Below are positions 18,098 to 26,555 of a DNA stretch of 58,400 nucleotides, in pieces. The DNA comes from an uncultured Alphaproteobacteria bacterium (GTDB taxonomy: Bacteria > Pseudomonadota > Alphaproteobacteria > HIMB59). The position numbers were made by a program, and so were the translations under genes. Position 1 is the stretch's first letter; every line of letters begins with the position of its first letter. The notes under the pieces are model-generated. The model searched no databases. It was given only the letters and a program-made list of their open reading frames with translations, and was not told the origin of the DNA. Location of the stretch: NCBI GenBank assembly GCA_902522585.1, contig CABYWI010000001.1, positions 1 to 58,400 on the forward strand, in the 5' to 3' direction.

Positions 18098-18997
18098 ATG
18101 AATTATAGACGTAGCTTTGATGCAAAAGATTTAAAATCATACTCCATAGTTTTTGACAATTCCCTTTTAAAAAATGTACAAAATTTAAAAACTCCAGATA
18201 AGAGAATTAAGAGGGCAATGATCTACTTCATTAAAACTGGAGGAAAAAGGATAAGGCCTTTTTTAATACATCAAACTGGTACGTTTTTGGGCATTGACTC
18301 AAAAACTTTAAATGACTTTGCTCTAGCTGTTGAATGCGTACATCTCCATTCACTTATTCACGATGATCTTCCCTCTATGGATAATGATGATTATAGAAGA
18401 GGAAAATTAACAGTTCATAAAAAATTTGACGAAGCAACAGCAGTACTTGCTGGCGATATGTTTCAAGTTCTCTCTGTTAAAACATTAGCGGAGTCAAAAC
18501 ATCTTTCTCCAAACCAAAAAGTAGATGCTATTCAAATGCTTTCCAAAGCAAATGGTCTAGAAGGACTCATTGCCGGACAATCGTTAGACATTTATATGAA
18601 AAAAAAATCTAGTGTTAAAGATATTGAAGTTATGTATTTACTTAAAACAGGAGCTCTTTTTAGTTTATGCTTCAATCTTTTTTTGTCTGTTAAGAAAATG
18701 AATGCACAAAAAAGAAAAGAACTCAAATTGATTGGCGATACTATTGGTAAAATTTTTCAAGTAACTGATGATATGTTAGATCGCTGGGGCGATGAAAAAA
18801 AAGTAGGAAAGAAGATCAATAAAGACTCAAAAAAAGCAAATATTGCCTATAAGTATAATTATAAGGACTGTTTAAAATATCTTCATCAGATACAAAATAA
18901 AAACTATCAGGCATTAAAAAAATTTTTTGCAAATAATCAAAAAGGTTTAGTTTATATATCTAGTTTAGTTGATTTTATTTCTAACCGTGTTAAATAA
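18098..18997 (+). CDS. Short-chain polyprenyl diphosphate synthase (IspA-like, possibly making GGPP)
   Basis: GGKRIRP, first Asp-rich motif HLHSLIHDDLPSMDNDDYRRG, GQSLD, KTGALF, second motif FQVTDDMLD. Confidence 0.88.
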   Translation: MNYRRSFDAKDLKSYSIVFDNSLLKNVQNLKTPDKRIKRAMIYFIKTGGKRIRPFLIHQTGTFLGIDSKTLNDFALAVECVHLHSLIHDDLPSMDNDDYRRGKLTVHKKFDEATAVLAGDMFQVLSVKTLAESKHLSPNQKVDAIQMLSKANGLEGLIAGQSLDIYMKKKSSVKDIEVMYLLKTGALFSLCFNLFLSVKKMNAQKRKELKLIGDTIGKIFQVTDDMLDRWGDEKKVGKKINKDSKKANIAYKYNYKDCLKYLHQIQNKNYQALKKFFANNQKGLVYISSLVDFISNRVK

Positions 18998-19021
18998 ATT
19001 TAAAGTGTTTTTTATGGATAT

Positions 19022-19495
19022 ATGAAAATAAGTGAAATAGAAATTTCCAAAGCTCGTCAAGCTTGGGGTGAGTGGCTCATAAATACTTCCTCAACTTTTG
19101 AAAATGAGGGAATTGATAAAGCAAAAATTTTAGCAAACGCGACTCTTGATAAACTATATGGATTTGAATTCGGCCCAATTTTATTTAAGCCAACGCTAAG
19201 TGGCGGAAATCAAACATTTCGTATAGATAAAGAGGGTACGCTATCATACTTCATTGGTCATAATCCAAAATATCCATCTGATAGTGGTTTTGCTCTTAAA
19301 TCGTGGAGAGAGTGTAAGTCAGAAACATCATCTTTGTTTGTTGAAAACAATATAGCTATGTGGATGGGGAGGGTTCTGCTTACTAATCAAAATGGCGAAA
19401 TTGTGAAAGTTGATAAGAGTTGGGGGTATAAGAGATCTTCTAATGGCTCTTTGAAGATTGTCCTACACCATTCTTCACTGCCTTATGAAGCGTAG
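19022..19495 (+). CDS. COG4337-type protein, putative iota-class carbonic anhydrase
   Basis: LFKPTL, LSYFIG, DSGFAL, VDKSWGY and C-terminal IVLHHSSLPY motifs; no signal peptide. Confidence 0.7.
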   Translation: MKISEIEISKARQAWGEWLINTSSTFENEGIDKAKILANATLDKLYGFEFGPILFKPTLSGGNQTFRIDKEGTLSYFIGHNPKYPSDSGFALKSWRECKSETSSLFVENNIAMWMGRVLLTNQNGEIVKVDKSWGYKRSSNGSLKIVLHHSSLPYEA

Positions 19496-19497
19496 TA

Positions 19498-19893
19498 TTA
19501 TTTTTTTTCTACTTTAATTTCTGACTCGATCGGATTTCCATTTATCGCAAATGAGTCATGAAGATTTGAATTTAAAGTTACCCTAATAACATTTTCTTCT
19601 AAATTAAAATATCTACCAGGTATATGAAACCAGATAGAATAAACCCTGCTTATTTTAATATCGTTAACAAAAAGATGCATATGACCAGAATTTAAATAAT
19701 TTTTTTTACCCACGTCTTCAGGCGTTAATGTAAAATTTTCTAATTTAACGAATAGATTATAACCATCCATATCATCTTCTAAAATTTCAAGACTAATAAT
19801 AGGGTACGGTTTACTAGCTTCGATTTTATGCCCAGGATGATGAGCAAATGTTTTTAATGAAAACATTAAAAAGATAAAAATAAAAAACTTCAT
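19498..19893 (-). CDS. Secreted hypothetical protein, possible metal binding
   Basis: Signal peptide ending TFA, then HHPGH; internal GHMHLFVND and NSNLH. Confidence 0.65.
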   Translation of the reverse strand: MKFFIFIFLMFSLKTFAHHPGHKIEASKPYPIISLEILEDDMDGYNLFVKLENFTLTPEDVGKKNYLNSGHMHLFVNDIKISRVYSIWFHIPGRYFNLEENVIRVTLNSNLHDSFAINGNPIESEIKVEKK

Positions 19894-19948
19894 AATTTTA
19901 AGATAACAAATTAAAATAAAATAAAATTAACACATATTAGCACACCAA

Positions 19949-20350
19949 TTATGCACAACTATTTTCTTGGTATTGATTGAAGGTTTTTTTTGTTTCTAGA
20001 TTATAAATTGTTATATGGATAATAATTTTATTGTTAGTGTAGTTCTGAATAAATATTCGACAGTCCTCTGCATTATATCTATGAAATTCAAATGTTTGTT
20101 CTAGTTTTGAAAAATTAAAATCGCCATATTTTTCCTGAAGAGCAGAAATTTTTTTTCCTTCAAATGATTTTATATTTTTAAAATATTTTATTTTTCTTTC
20201 TTCCTTTTCCTCAATAACTTGAACTTCTTCTTTTGGTTCATATATTATATTTTGATTTGGTTCTGGAATAATTTCTGGTGATGTAACAGGGGAGGTTGTC
20301 TCACAGCCGATAACAAAAACACCAAACAGAAAAAGAACAATAAATTTCAT
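19949..20350 (-). CDS. Hypothetical lipoprotein
   Basis: From ATG 20350: MKFIVLFLFGVFVIGC lipobox followed by a Pro/Glu-rich linker. Confidence 0.6.
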   Translation of the reverse strand: MKFIVLFLFGVFVIGCETTSPVTSPEIIPEPNQNIIYEPKEEVQVIEEKEERKIKYFKNIKSFEGKKISALQEKYGDFNFSKLEQTFEFHRYNAEDCRIFIQNYTNNKIIIHITIYNLETKKTFNQYQENSCA

Positions 20351-20413
20351 TATTTTAAAGAAAATTGCAGAGATCATAGGCTAAAAAACAGGCTACACAA
20401 TTGTAAACATTGT

Positions 20414-20442
20414 TTGACATATAAAATTAATTTCTATATAAA
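20414..20442 (+). promoter_or_regulatory. Sigma70-type promoter of metY
   Basis: TTGACA (20414-20419), 17 bp spacer, TATAAA (20437-20442); GAGGAG RBS before ATG 20476. Confidence 0.65.
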
Positions 20443-20475
20443 GAACAAAATTTAATTACTTTATATGAGGAGAAT

Positions 20476-21804
20476 ATGACTACTAAATCTAAACATCCAG
20501 AAACACTTGTCCTTCACGGTGGAAGTTATCGTAAAGACCCAGCTACTAACTCAGTAGCTGTTCCAATTTATCAAACAACATCCTATGAATTTAATTCTGT
20601 TGAACATGCAGGCAATTTATTTTCCCTAAAAGAATTAGGAAATATTTACTCACGTATTATGAACCCTACTAATGCCGTACTTGAAGAAAGACTAGCAGCT
20701 ATTGAAGGTGGTGCTATTGCTCTAGCACTCAGTTCAGGACAGGCAGCATCCGCATTTAGTATTCAAAATTTGGCTCGGGCTGGAGATAACATTGTGTGTT
20801 CCACAGATATCTATGGTGGAACTTGGAATCTATTTAATAATACATTAAGAGCTCAAGGCATTGACGTTAGATTTGCAGATCCATCAAATCCAGAAAATTT
20901 TAAACTATTAACTGATGAAAAAACTAGGGCATATTATGCTGAAACATTACCTAATCCTAAATTAACAGTATTCCCAATAGAAGAAATTGCAAACATAGGA
21001 AGATCTTTAGGAATACCTTTAATTGTAGATAATACAGCTGCACCTTTAAGCTGCAGGCCTTTTGACTATGGAGCTGCTGTCGTTGTTCATTCTTTGACAA
21101 AATGGATAGGAGGGCACGGAACTTCAGTTGGTGGCGCTATAATTGATGGGGCTAACTTTGATTGGACAAAATTTCCTGAACGTCAACCAAATTTCAATCA
21201 ACCTGATCCAAGTTACTGGGGATGGGTTTTAGGTAAAGTTGTTCCTGAAGTACTTGGTGCAAATATAGCTTATGCTGTTAGAGCTAGATTTGTCTTACTT
21301 AGAGATTTGGGTTCAGCAATTTCACCTAACAATGCATTTAATATTATTCAAGGACTAGAAACTCTTCCATTAAGAATTAAACAACATAATGCAAATGCAT
21401 TACAAGTAGCAAATTTTTTAAAAGATCACGATCATGTATCTAAAGTGACATTTCCAAAATTTGCAGAAGGTAATGCTAAAGAAAATGCTGATAAATATCT
21501 CAATGGTAATTATGGATCGATGATTGGTATTGAAGTGAAAAATGGTGTTGAGGGAGGCAAAGCATTTATCGACGCTCTTCAATTACACTATCATGTGGCC
21601 AATATTGGCGATTCCAGAAGCCTTGCAATTCATCCTGCGTCTACCACACATTCGCAGTTATCTGCAGAAGAACAATTAAAAGCAGGCGTTACACCCAGTT
21701 ATGTGCGGCTTTGTGTGGGTATCGAACACATAGAAGACATCATTGAAGATCTTAAGATCGGACTTGATGCAGCAAGTAAAGCAACCGCAACTGCAGCTGC
21801 ATAA
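20476..21804 (+). CDS. metY: O-acetylhomoserine sulfhydrylase
   Basis: VPIYQTTSY, GNIYSRIMNPT, HSLTKWIGGHG, LLRDLG, HVANIGDSRSLAIHPASTTHSQL. Confidence 0.9.
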   Translation: MTTKSKHPETLVLHGGSYRKDPATNSVAVPIYQTTSYEFNSVEHAGNLFSLKELGNIYSRIMNPTNAVLEERLAAIEGGAIALALSSGQAASAFSIQNLARAGDNIVCSTDIYGGTWNLFNNTLRAQGIDVRFADPSNPENFKLLTDEKTRAYYAETLPNPKLTVFPIEEIANIGRSLGIPLIVDNTAAPLSCRPFDYGAAVVVHSLTKWIGGHGTSVGGAIIDGANFDWTKFPERQPNFNQPDPSYWGWVLGKVVPEVLGANIAYAVRARFVLLRDLGSAISPNNAFNIIQGLETLPLRIKQHNANALQVANFLKDHDHVSKVTFPKFAEGNAKENADKYLNGNYGSMIGIEVKNGVEGGKAFIDALQLHYHVANIGDSRSLAIHPASTTHSQLSAEEQLKAGVTPSYVRLCVGIEHIEDIIEDLKIGLDAASKATATAAA

Positions 21805-21807
21805 AAA

Positions 21808-21879
21808 AGTTTAGGTAGTACCCTCATTTATACTTACCTAATAACTAGGGCACAACGGTACTCCTCTGTGCCCTTTTTT
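21808..21879 (+). ncRNA. Two-hairpin structured RNA ending in an intrinsic terminator (candidate 3'UTR sRNA)
   Basis: Hairpin 1: TTAGGTAGTA / loop CCCTCATTTA / TACTTACCTAA. Hairpin 2: AGGGCACA / loop ACGGTACTCCTC / TGTGCCCT, then a T run. Confidence 0.4.
21847..21879 (+). terminator. Intrinsic terminator after metY
   Basis: 8 bp stem AGGGCACA/TGTGCCCT followed by a T run. Confidence 0.8.
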
Positions 21880-21908
21880 CATTTTTGTTTTAGTTTATAA
21901 TAATAAGT

Positions 21909-22820
21909 GTGAGGATTAAGTACGTACAGCCTAAGGTCTGTCCGCAATCATATAAAAGTGTTTTGGGTCAACGACCCATTTGGGATTGGCGTCATGATAA
22001 ACTTTTGTGGGTAGATATTTATGAAAATAAAATTATTGAGTCTGATCAAAATACTTCTCAAGAAAAACATTACATAGTATCCGAAGGGGTCACTAATATT
22101 CTTCTTCAAGATAATAAGAACTATCTTATGAGTTCCTATGACTCTTTGTTTTCACTTCACTCTTCAATTTCTAAAAAAGATTTACTTACCAAAATTCCAT
22201 TAGAAAATACTAACAATCGCATAAATGATGCAGATGTAGATTTAAATGGCCAGGTGTGGATTTCTACAATGGATACCCAACAAAAATCTGAAACAGGTAA
22301 GATTATTTGTCATGATAATACGTTACAACCTATTTGTTATGACAATTCATATATTATTTCTAACGGACCTATTTTTGATTATGAAAGAAACGTGGGATAT
22401 GTCACAGACTCTATCAAAAGAATTATTTATCGATTTTCGATGTCTGATATAGAAAATTACGGAATTCAAAAACAAGTTTTTCTTTCCATGAACAATGTAG
22501 ATGGTAACCCAGATGGAATGGCCGTTGATAAAAATGGAAACCTTTGGGTAGCGATGTGGGGAAGTGGAAAGGTATGTTGTTTTGATGTGGAGGGGAATAT
22601 TAAATTAATTGTTCAACTTCCTGTATCTAAAGTAACCAGTTGTACTTTTGGAGGTACTGACCTCAATGAATTATATATCACTACCGCATCTGTCGGTTTA
22701 AACGATATTGAACTAGAGCGACAACCCCATGCTGGAAAATTATTTAAATTAATCACTCAAGAACAGGGATATGCATCGAATTGTTATAGATCTGATAACT
22801 CTGCAAATTTGTATCATTAA
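21909..22820 (+). CDS. SMP-30/gluconolactonase family protein
   Basis: PIWD..LLWVDI, NRINDADVD, SNGP, GNPDGMAVD, TSCTFGG, LYITTA. Confidence 0.88.
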   Translation: MRIKYVQPKVCPQSYKSVLGQRPIWDWRHDKLLWVDIYENKIIESDQNTSQEKHYIVSEGVTNILLQDNKNYLMSSYDSLFSLHSSISKKDLLTKIPLENTNNRINDADVDLNGQVWISTMDTQQKSETGKIICHDNTLQPICYDNSYIISNGPIFDYERNVGYVTDSIKRIIYRFSMSDIENYGIQKQVFLSMNNVDGNPDGMAVDKNGNLWVAMWGSGKVCCFDVEGNIKLIVQLPVSKVTSCTFGGTDLNELYITTASVGLNDIELERQPHAGKLFKLITQEQGYASNCYRSDNSANLYH

Positions 22821-22826
22821 ATTATA

Positions 22827-23045
22827 ATGAAATTTAGTGTCAGTGAAATTAGTGATATTATTGAGTTGGCGTGGGACGATCAAACCGACTTTAGTCATAT
22901 AACAAAAATTTATAAAATCGATGAAGGTGAAGTAAAAAAAATTATGAAAAAAAATATTAAACGTAAAAGTTATGAGATTTGGAGAAAACGTATTGCACAA
23001 AGGAGTGAGCAAAAAAAACAGTTAAAAGGAAGGGCTCATGGCTAA
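22827..23045 (+). CDS. DUF2805/TIGR03643-like small protein
   Basis: IIELAWDDxTxF, EVKKIMK, SYxIWRKR. Confidence 0.7.
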   Translation: MKFSVSEISDIIELAWDDQTDFSHITKIYKIDEGEVKKIMKKNIKRKSYEIWRKRIAQRSEQKKQLKGRAHG

Positions 23046-23502
23046 AGCAATATTCGGAGCTGGGTGTTTTTGGGGAGTAGAGAAAAAATTTTCTGAAGTT
23101 AAGGGTGTATCTTCCACCGAGGTAGGATACTCCCAAGGTAAAAATTCTAAAACTAGTTATGAAGAGGTATGCACGGGCACAACTGACCATGTAGAGGTCG
23201 TATTGGTTGAATTTGAAGAAGATAAGGTTTCTTATGAAAATTTAATAAATTTATTTTATGATCTTCATGATCCTACAACACTTAATCAACAGGGCCCAGA
23301 TCGAGGTACCCAATATCGTTCTCTTTTAGGATACTATGATGAAAGCCATAAAGAAATAGCTGAAACAATAACTAGAAAATTAAATCTAGAAAGATTTGAA
23401 AATAAAATTACTACAACTATTGAAAAAGTAAAAAATTATTGTCCAGCTGAAGAGTACCATCAAAAGTATATTGAAAAAAAATACTCCTTTTTAAATATCT
23501 AA
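23038..23502 (+). CDS. msrA: Peptide methionine sulfoxide reductase A
   Basis: GCFWGVE, YEEVC, HDPT, QGPDRGTQYRS, AEEYHQKY. Confidence 0.95.
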   Translation: MAKAIFGAGCFWGVEKKFSEVKGVSSTEVGYSQGKNSKTSYEEVCTGTTDHVEVVLVEFEEDKVSYENLINLFYDLHDPTTLNQQGPDRGTQYRSLLGYYDESHKEIAETITRKLNLERFENKITTTIEKVKNYCPAEEYHQKYIEKKYSFLNI

Positions 23503-23503
23503 A

Positions 23504-24157
23504 TTAAATAGGAGAATAAGGATAAATGATTTTAGGAAATCTTATCTGGGGTTTTTTTAGATAAACACTATTCATAAAATAGTTTGATTTTAATTCAATT
23601 GGGCCCATCAACTTCTTTTTAATGAAGCTGTAATCTTTCATTTGATTTAATTTTTTTATCCCATTACCCATAAGAACATAATCACCGCTTAGAAGTTCAA
23701 TTAATTGATTATCAATTAAATGTGTTTTTGTTTTACCAATAAGTTTCCCTTTGGGACTTAGCTTTTGAATAGCAAGATCTCGTCGATTAGTATCAATGAT
23801 ACAAAGAATATTTTTTTGAAAAGATTGATTAATCCCTAAGAAATAATGTTCAAAAATTTTATAGCTGACAATTTTAACTTTATGGCCAAAGAAAAAACCT
23901 TTCATGAGTGCATGACAATTGCGAATAGCTGTAAATCTAGCGGGCCCGTTATTTAAATGTAAAAAACTAATGTTTTTTGGGGTTATTTGTGTTTCGATTA
24001 ACATTTTTTGAAGCATCAAAGAAAGGTTTTTTTCATGACCAAAGTCATTTTTCTTAAAACGGTCCCAAAAAATTTTTTTATTTTTAAATAATGTTATTGA
24101 ACAGTATGATAACGAACTATCGATGCCTATCTCTAGATTATTTAGTTGCTTGTTCAT
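23504..24157 (-). CDS. tsaB: tRNA t6A modification protein TsaB (divergent)
   Basis: IGIDSS..CSI, HEKNL, GPARFTAIR (GPGSFTGxR-like), IDTNR. Confidence 0.7.
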   Translation of the reverse strand: MNKQLNNLEIGIDSSLSYCSITLFKNKKIFWDRFKKNDFGHEKNLSLMLQKMLIETQITPKNISFLHLNNGPARFTAIRNCHALMKGFFFGHKVKIVSYKIFEHYFLGINQSFQKNILCIIDTNRRDLAIQKLSPKGKLIGKTKTHLIDNQLIELLSGDYVLMGNGIKKLNQMKDYSFIKKKLMGPIELKSNYFMNSVYLKKPQIRFPKIIYPYSPI

Positions 24158-25124
24158 TATAGTTGGTCTATTACCATTTTCTTTAAATCTATCCTACGCA
24201 ACATCTTTTGAGGATACAATTCCAAATAATATTATTATGTATCACCGCTTTGGGGAAACCAAGTACCCTTCAACTAATATCACTGAGGAGCAATTAGAAA
24301 GTCATTTAAATTATTTGATTGAACAAAACTATCGCTTTGTCCAAGCAAGTGACTTATTGGATTTTAATCAACTAAAAGAAAAAACAATTACTGTTACAAT
24401 CGATGATGCCTACCTTTCATTTTATGAGGTAGGACTCCCTTTGTTTGAAAAGTATCAAGTTCCCGTCACATTATTTTTAAATACAGAAAATGTTGGCGGC
24501 AATAATTATATGTCATGGGGTCAATTAAGAGATGCTTTGAATAGAGGTGTAGAAATTCAAAACCATTCTCATACGCATAGTAGTTTTGCTACTTTAGATG
24601 ACGAAACTATTATTAGTGAAATTGAAACCTCACAAAGCTTAATACTTGCAAACTTAAATATTACTCCAAATTTGTTTGCATTTCCTTTTGGCGAAAGTAG
24701 TGATGCAGCGCAGAAAATTATCGAGAAGTATTTTGATGCAGCTTTTGGACAACACTCTGGTGCCTTCTCAATGAATTATCGCTATTATATCCCACGTTAT
24801 CCTTTAAATGAGAATTATAGTTCGATTGATCGATTACGCGATATTTCTAAATCATTACCGTTTCAAACAGCTCAACTGCAACCCTCAAATCCTACCCTAA
24901 ATCCCCCATCAACTAGATTTGTTCTAGATATCGAAGAGGGCGTTAAGGGAGTTAACTGTTTCATTAGTGATTTTCAGGGATCAATTGAAAAACAAATGAC
25001 TGTTCTTGAAAATAAACTTTTAATTGAACTTTCAAGAATGCCAGTATCAGGGCGGCTCCGTTTTAATTGCACCAAAGTGGATAATGGTATCTTTTGGTAT
25101 GGTCACCAGTATTTTTTGAATTAG
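24123..25124 (+). CDS. Secreted polysaccharide deacetylase (CE4/NodB family)
   Basis: IMYHRF, TIDDAY, NHSHTH, FAFPFGE, IPRYP; start position uncertain. Confidence 0.82.
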   Translation: MPISRLFSCLFIIVGLLPFSLNLSYATSFEDTIPNNIIMYHRFGETKYPSTNITEEQLESHLNYLIEQNYRFVQASDLLDFNQLKEKTITVTIDDAYLSFYEVGLPLFEKYQVPVTLFLNTENVGGNNYMSWGQLRDALNRGVEIQNHSHTHSSFATLDDETIISEIETSQSLILANLNITPNLFAFPFGESSDAAQKIIEKYFDAAFGQHSGAFSMNYRYYIPRYPLNENYSSIDRLRDISKSLPFQTAQLQPSNPTLNPPSTRFVLDIEEGVKGVNCFISDFQGSIEKQMTVLENKLLIELSRMPVSGRLRFNCTKVDNGIFWYGHQYFLN

Positions 25125-25976
25125 TTAATAAGCAAAACGATCAAATTCACGAAGCTTATTGGATTCAATAATGAGCTCTAATTTATCGACATATTCTTGG
25201 CCGATTTCTGCGTAGGCAGCTAAAAACTTAACTTTGGCACTGATAGGGTCTGTATATTGCACTCTCTCCGCAATTCTTCTAACTACTCGAAAACTATAAT
25301 ATGCCCGATGGGTATTAATATTGTGCATATAAGCTTGGACACTTTGTTTCAAGTTTTCAAATTTCCTCACAGCATGAGTTTTGTCTTCATCGCGATCTTC
25401 AGGGATAAGCCCTTTTTGTTCATTGGTCGTCCATTGACCGTAGAGCGCATTGCCCTCTAGGGCGAAACGAGATTGACCCCATCCACTTTCCACAATTGCC
25501 TGAGCCAAGGCTAGCGATACAGGTATAATATTAATGCGTTGTTTTAAATCTCGAAAAAGTTTTAGATTAATAGTGCTATAGTCAAGATTGTATCTTTTAG
25601 ATAAACGTATTACCTCATTTGTTTCATTTTCATTCAAATCTGCTCGAAGGAATTTTTTTTCGATATTAATAATCATCTCACGATCTTTTAAAATAAGACC
25701 ATTGGATTCATGAATGATAGGAAGGGTAATTAAATAAAATAATTTTTTTTTTACTCCTACATCTTGTAATTCATTAAAATTGGAGGGAAGATGAGACAAA
25801 ACTGGAAGGTAGCTTAATTCCTCTTCTTTAATAGTAAAGGGATCAAAGTTGTTCTTCTTATAATAAATATTGAGGTCTTTCCAATTTTCAAAGCCTTGGG
25901 CTAATAAAAAGAAAGGACTAAGAAAAAGCCCTAAAAAAATAATTAAGATTTTAGGATTCAACGGGGCGAACTTCAC
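25125..25976 (-). CDS. Bax-like glucosaminidase-domain protein (GH73-like)
   Basis: IPVSLALAQAIVESGWGQSRFA, GNALYGQW, NINTHRAY, YAEIG. Confidence 0.82.
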   Translation of the reverse strand: MKFAPLNPKILIIFLGLFLSPFFLLAQGFENWKDLNIYYKKNNFDPFTIKEEELSYLPVLSHLPSNFNELQDVGVKKKLFYLITLPIIHESNGLILKDREMIINIEKKFLRADLNENETNEVIRLSKRYNLDYSTINLKLFRDLKQRINIIPVSLALAQAIVESGWGQSRFALEGNALYGQWTTNEQKGLIPEDRDEDKTHAVRKFENLKQSVQAYMHNINTHRAYYSFRVVRRIAERVQYTDPISAKVKFLAAYAEIGQEYVDKLELIIESNKLREFDRFAY

Positions 25977-26508
25977 GAACTTCTGGGATATAATGTTTTA
26001 ACATGTTTTCTATCCCCATCTTTAAAGTTGCCGTAGAGCTAGGGCATCCTTGACATGCCCCCTGCATTTGAAGAAATACTATTCCTTCATTATATTTGTC
26101 AAAAATAATATCTCCGCCATCCATAGCTACTGCAGGTCGTACTTTAGTATCAAGAAGTTCTTTAATTTTTTTAACTACATCACTATCGTTTTCATCATAG
26201 GTGTGTTCAGTTCTTTGTGCCTGTTCTGAAATCACAGGTTTGTTCATCGTAAAGTGCTCAATGATGCAGCCCAAAATAGCTGGCTTCATGAGAGTCCATT
26301 CATTAGCTTTAGCTTTAGTAATAGTAATAAAGTCTGATCCAAAAAAGACACTCTCAACACCCTTCACATTGAAAAGGTTTTGAGCCAATGGAGAGTTTGC
26401 CGCTGAGTCATGATTTTGAAAGAATATAGTGCCTTCTTTCATTACTTCACGACCTGGAAGGAACTTTAAAGTGGCTGGATTAGGTGTGGGTTCAGTTTGT
26501 ACAAACAT
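25951..26508 (-). CDS. NifU/Nfu Fe-S carrier protein
   Basis: TPNPATLKF N-domain, VRPAVAMDGGDI, GACQGCPSS. Confidence 0.92.
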   Translation of the reverse strand: MFVQTEPTPNPATLKFLPGREVMKEGTIFFQNHDSAANSPLAQNLFNVKGVESVFFGSDFITITKAKANEWTLMKPAILGCIIEHFTMNKPVISEQAQRTEHTYDENDSDVVKKIKELLDTKVRPAVAMDGGDIIFDKYNEGIVFLQMQGACQGCPSSTATLKMGIENMLKHYIPEVREVRPVES

Positions 26509-26555
26509 TACTTATTAATATGTCGATAAATTACGAAAATTCAACTCAAACGGAC

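Noticed and set aside
20378-20475. SAM-II/SAM-V riboswitch upstream of metY
   Set aside because: The promoter leaves a leader of only about 25-30 nt and no riboswitch-like sequence was seen
24123-24157. Head-to-head overlap of tsaB and the deacetylase as a regulatory feature
   Set aside because: More simply explained by over-extended start calls
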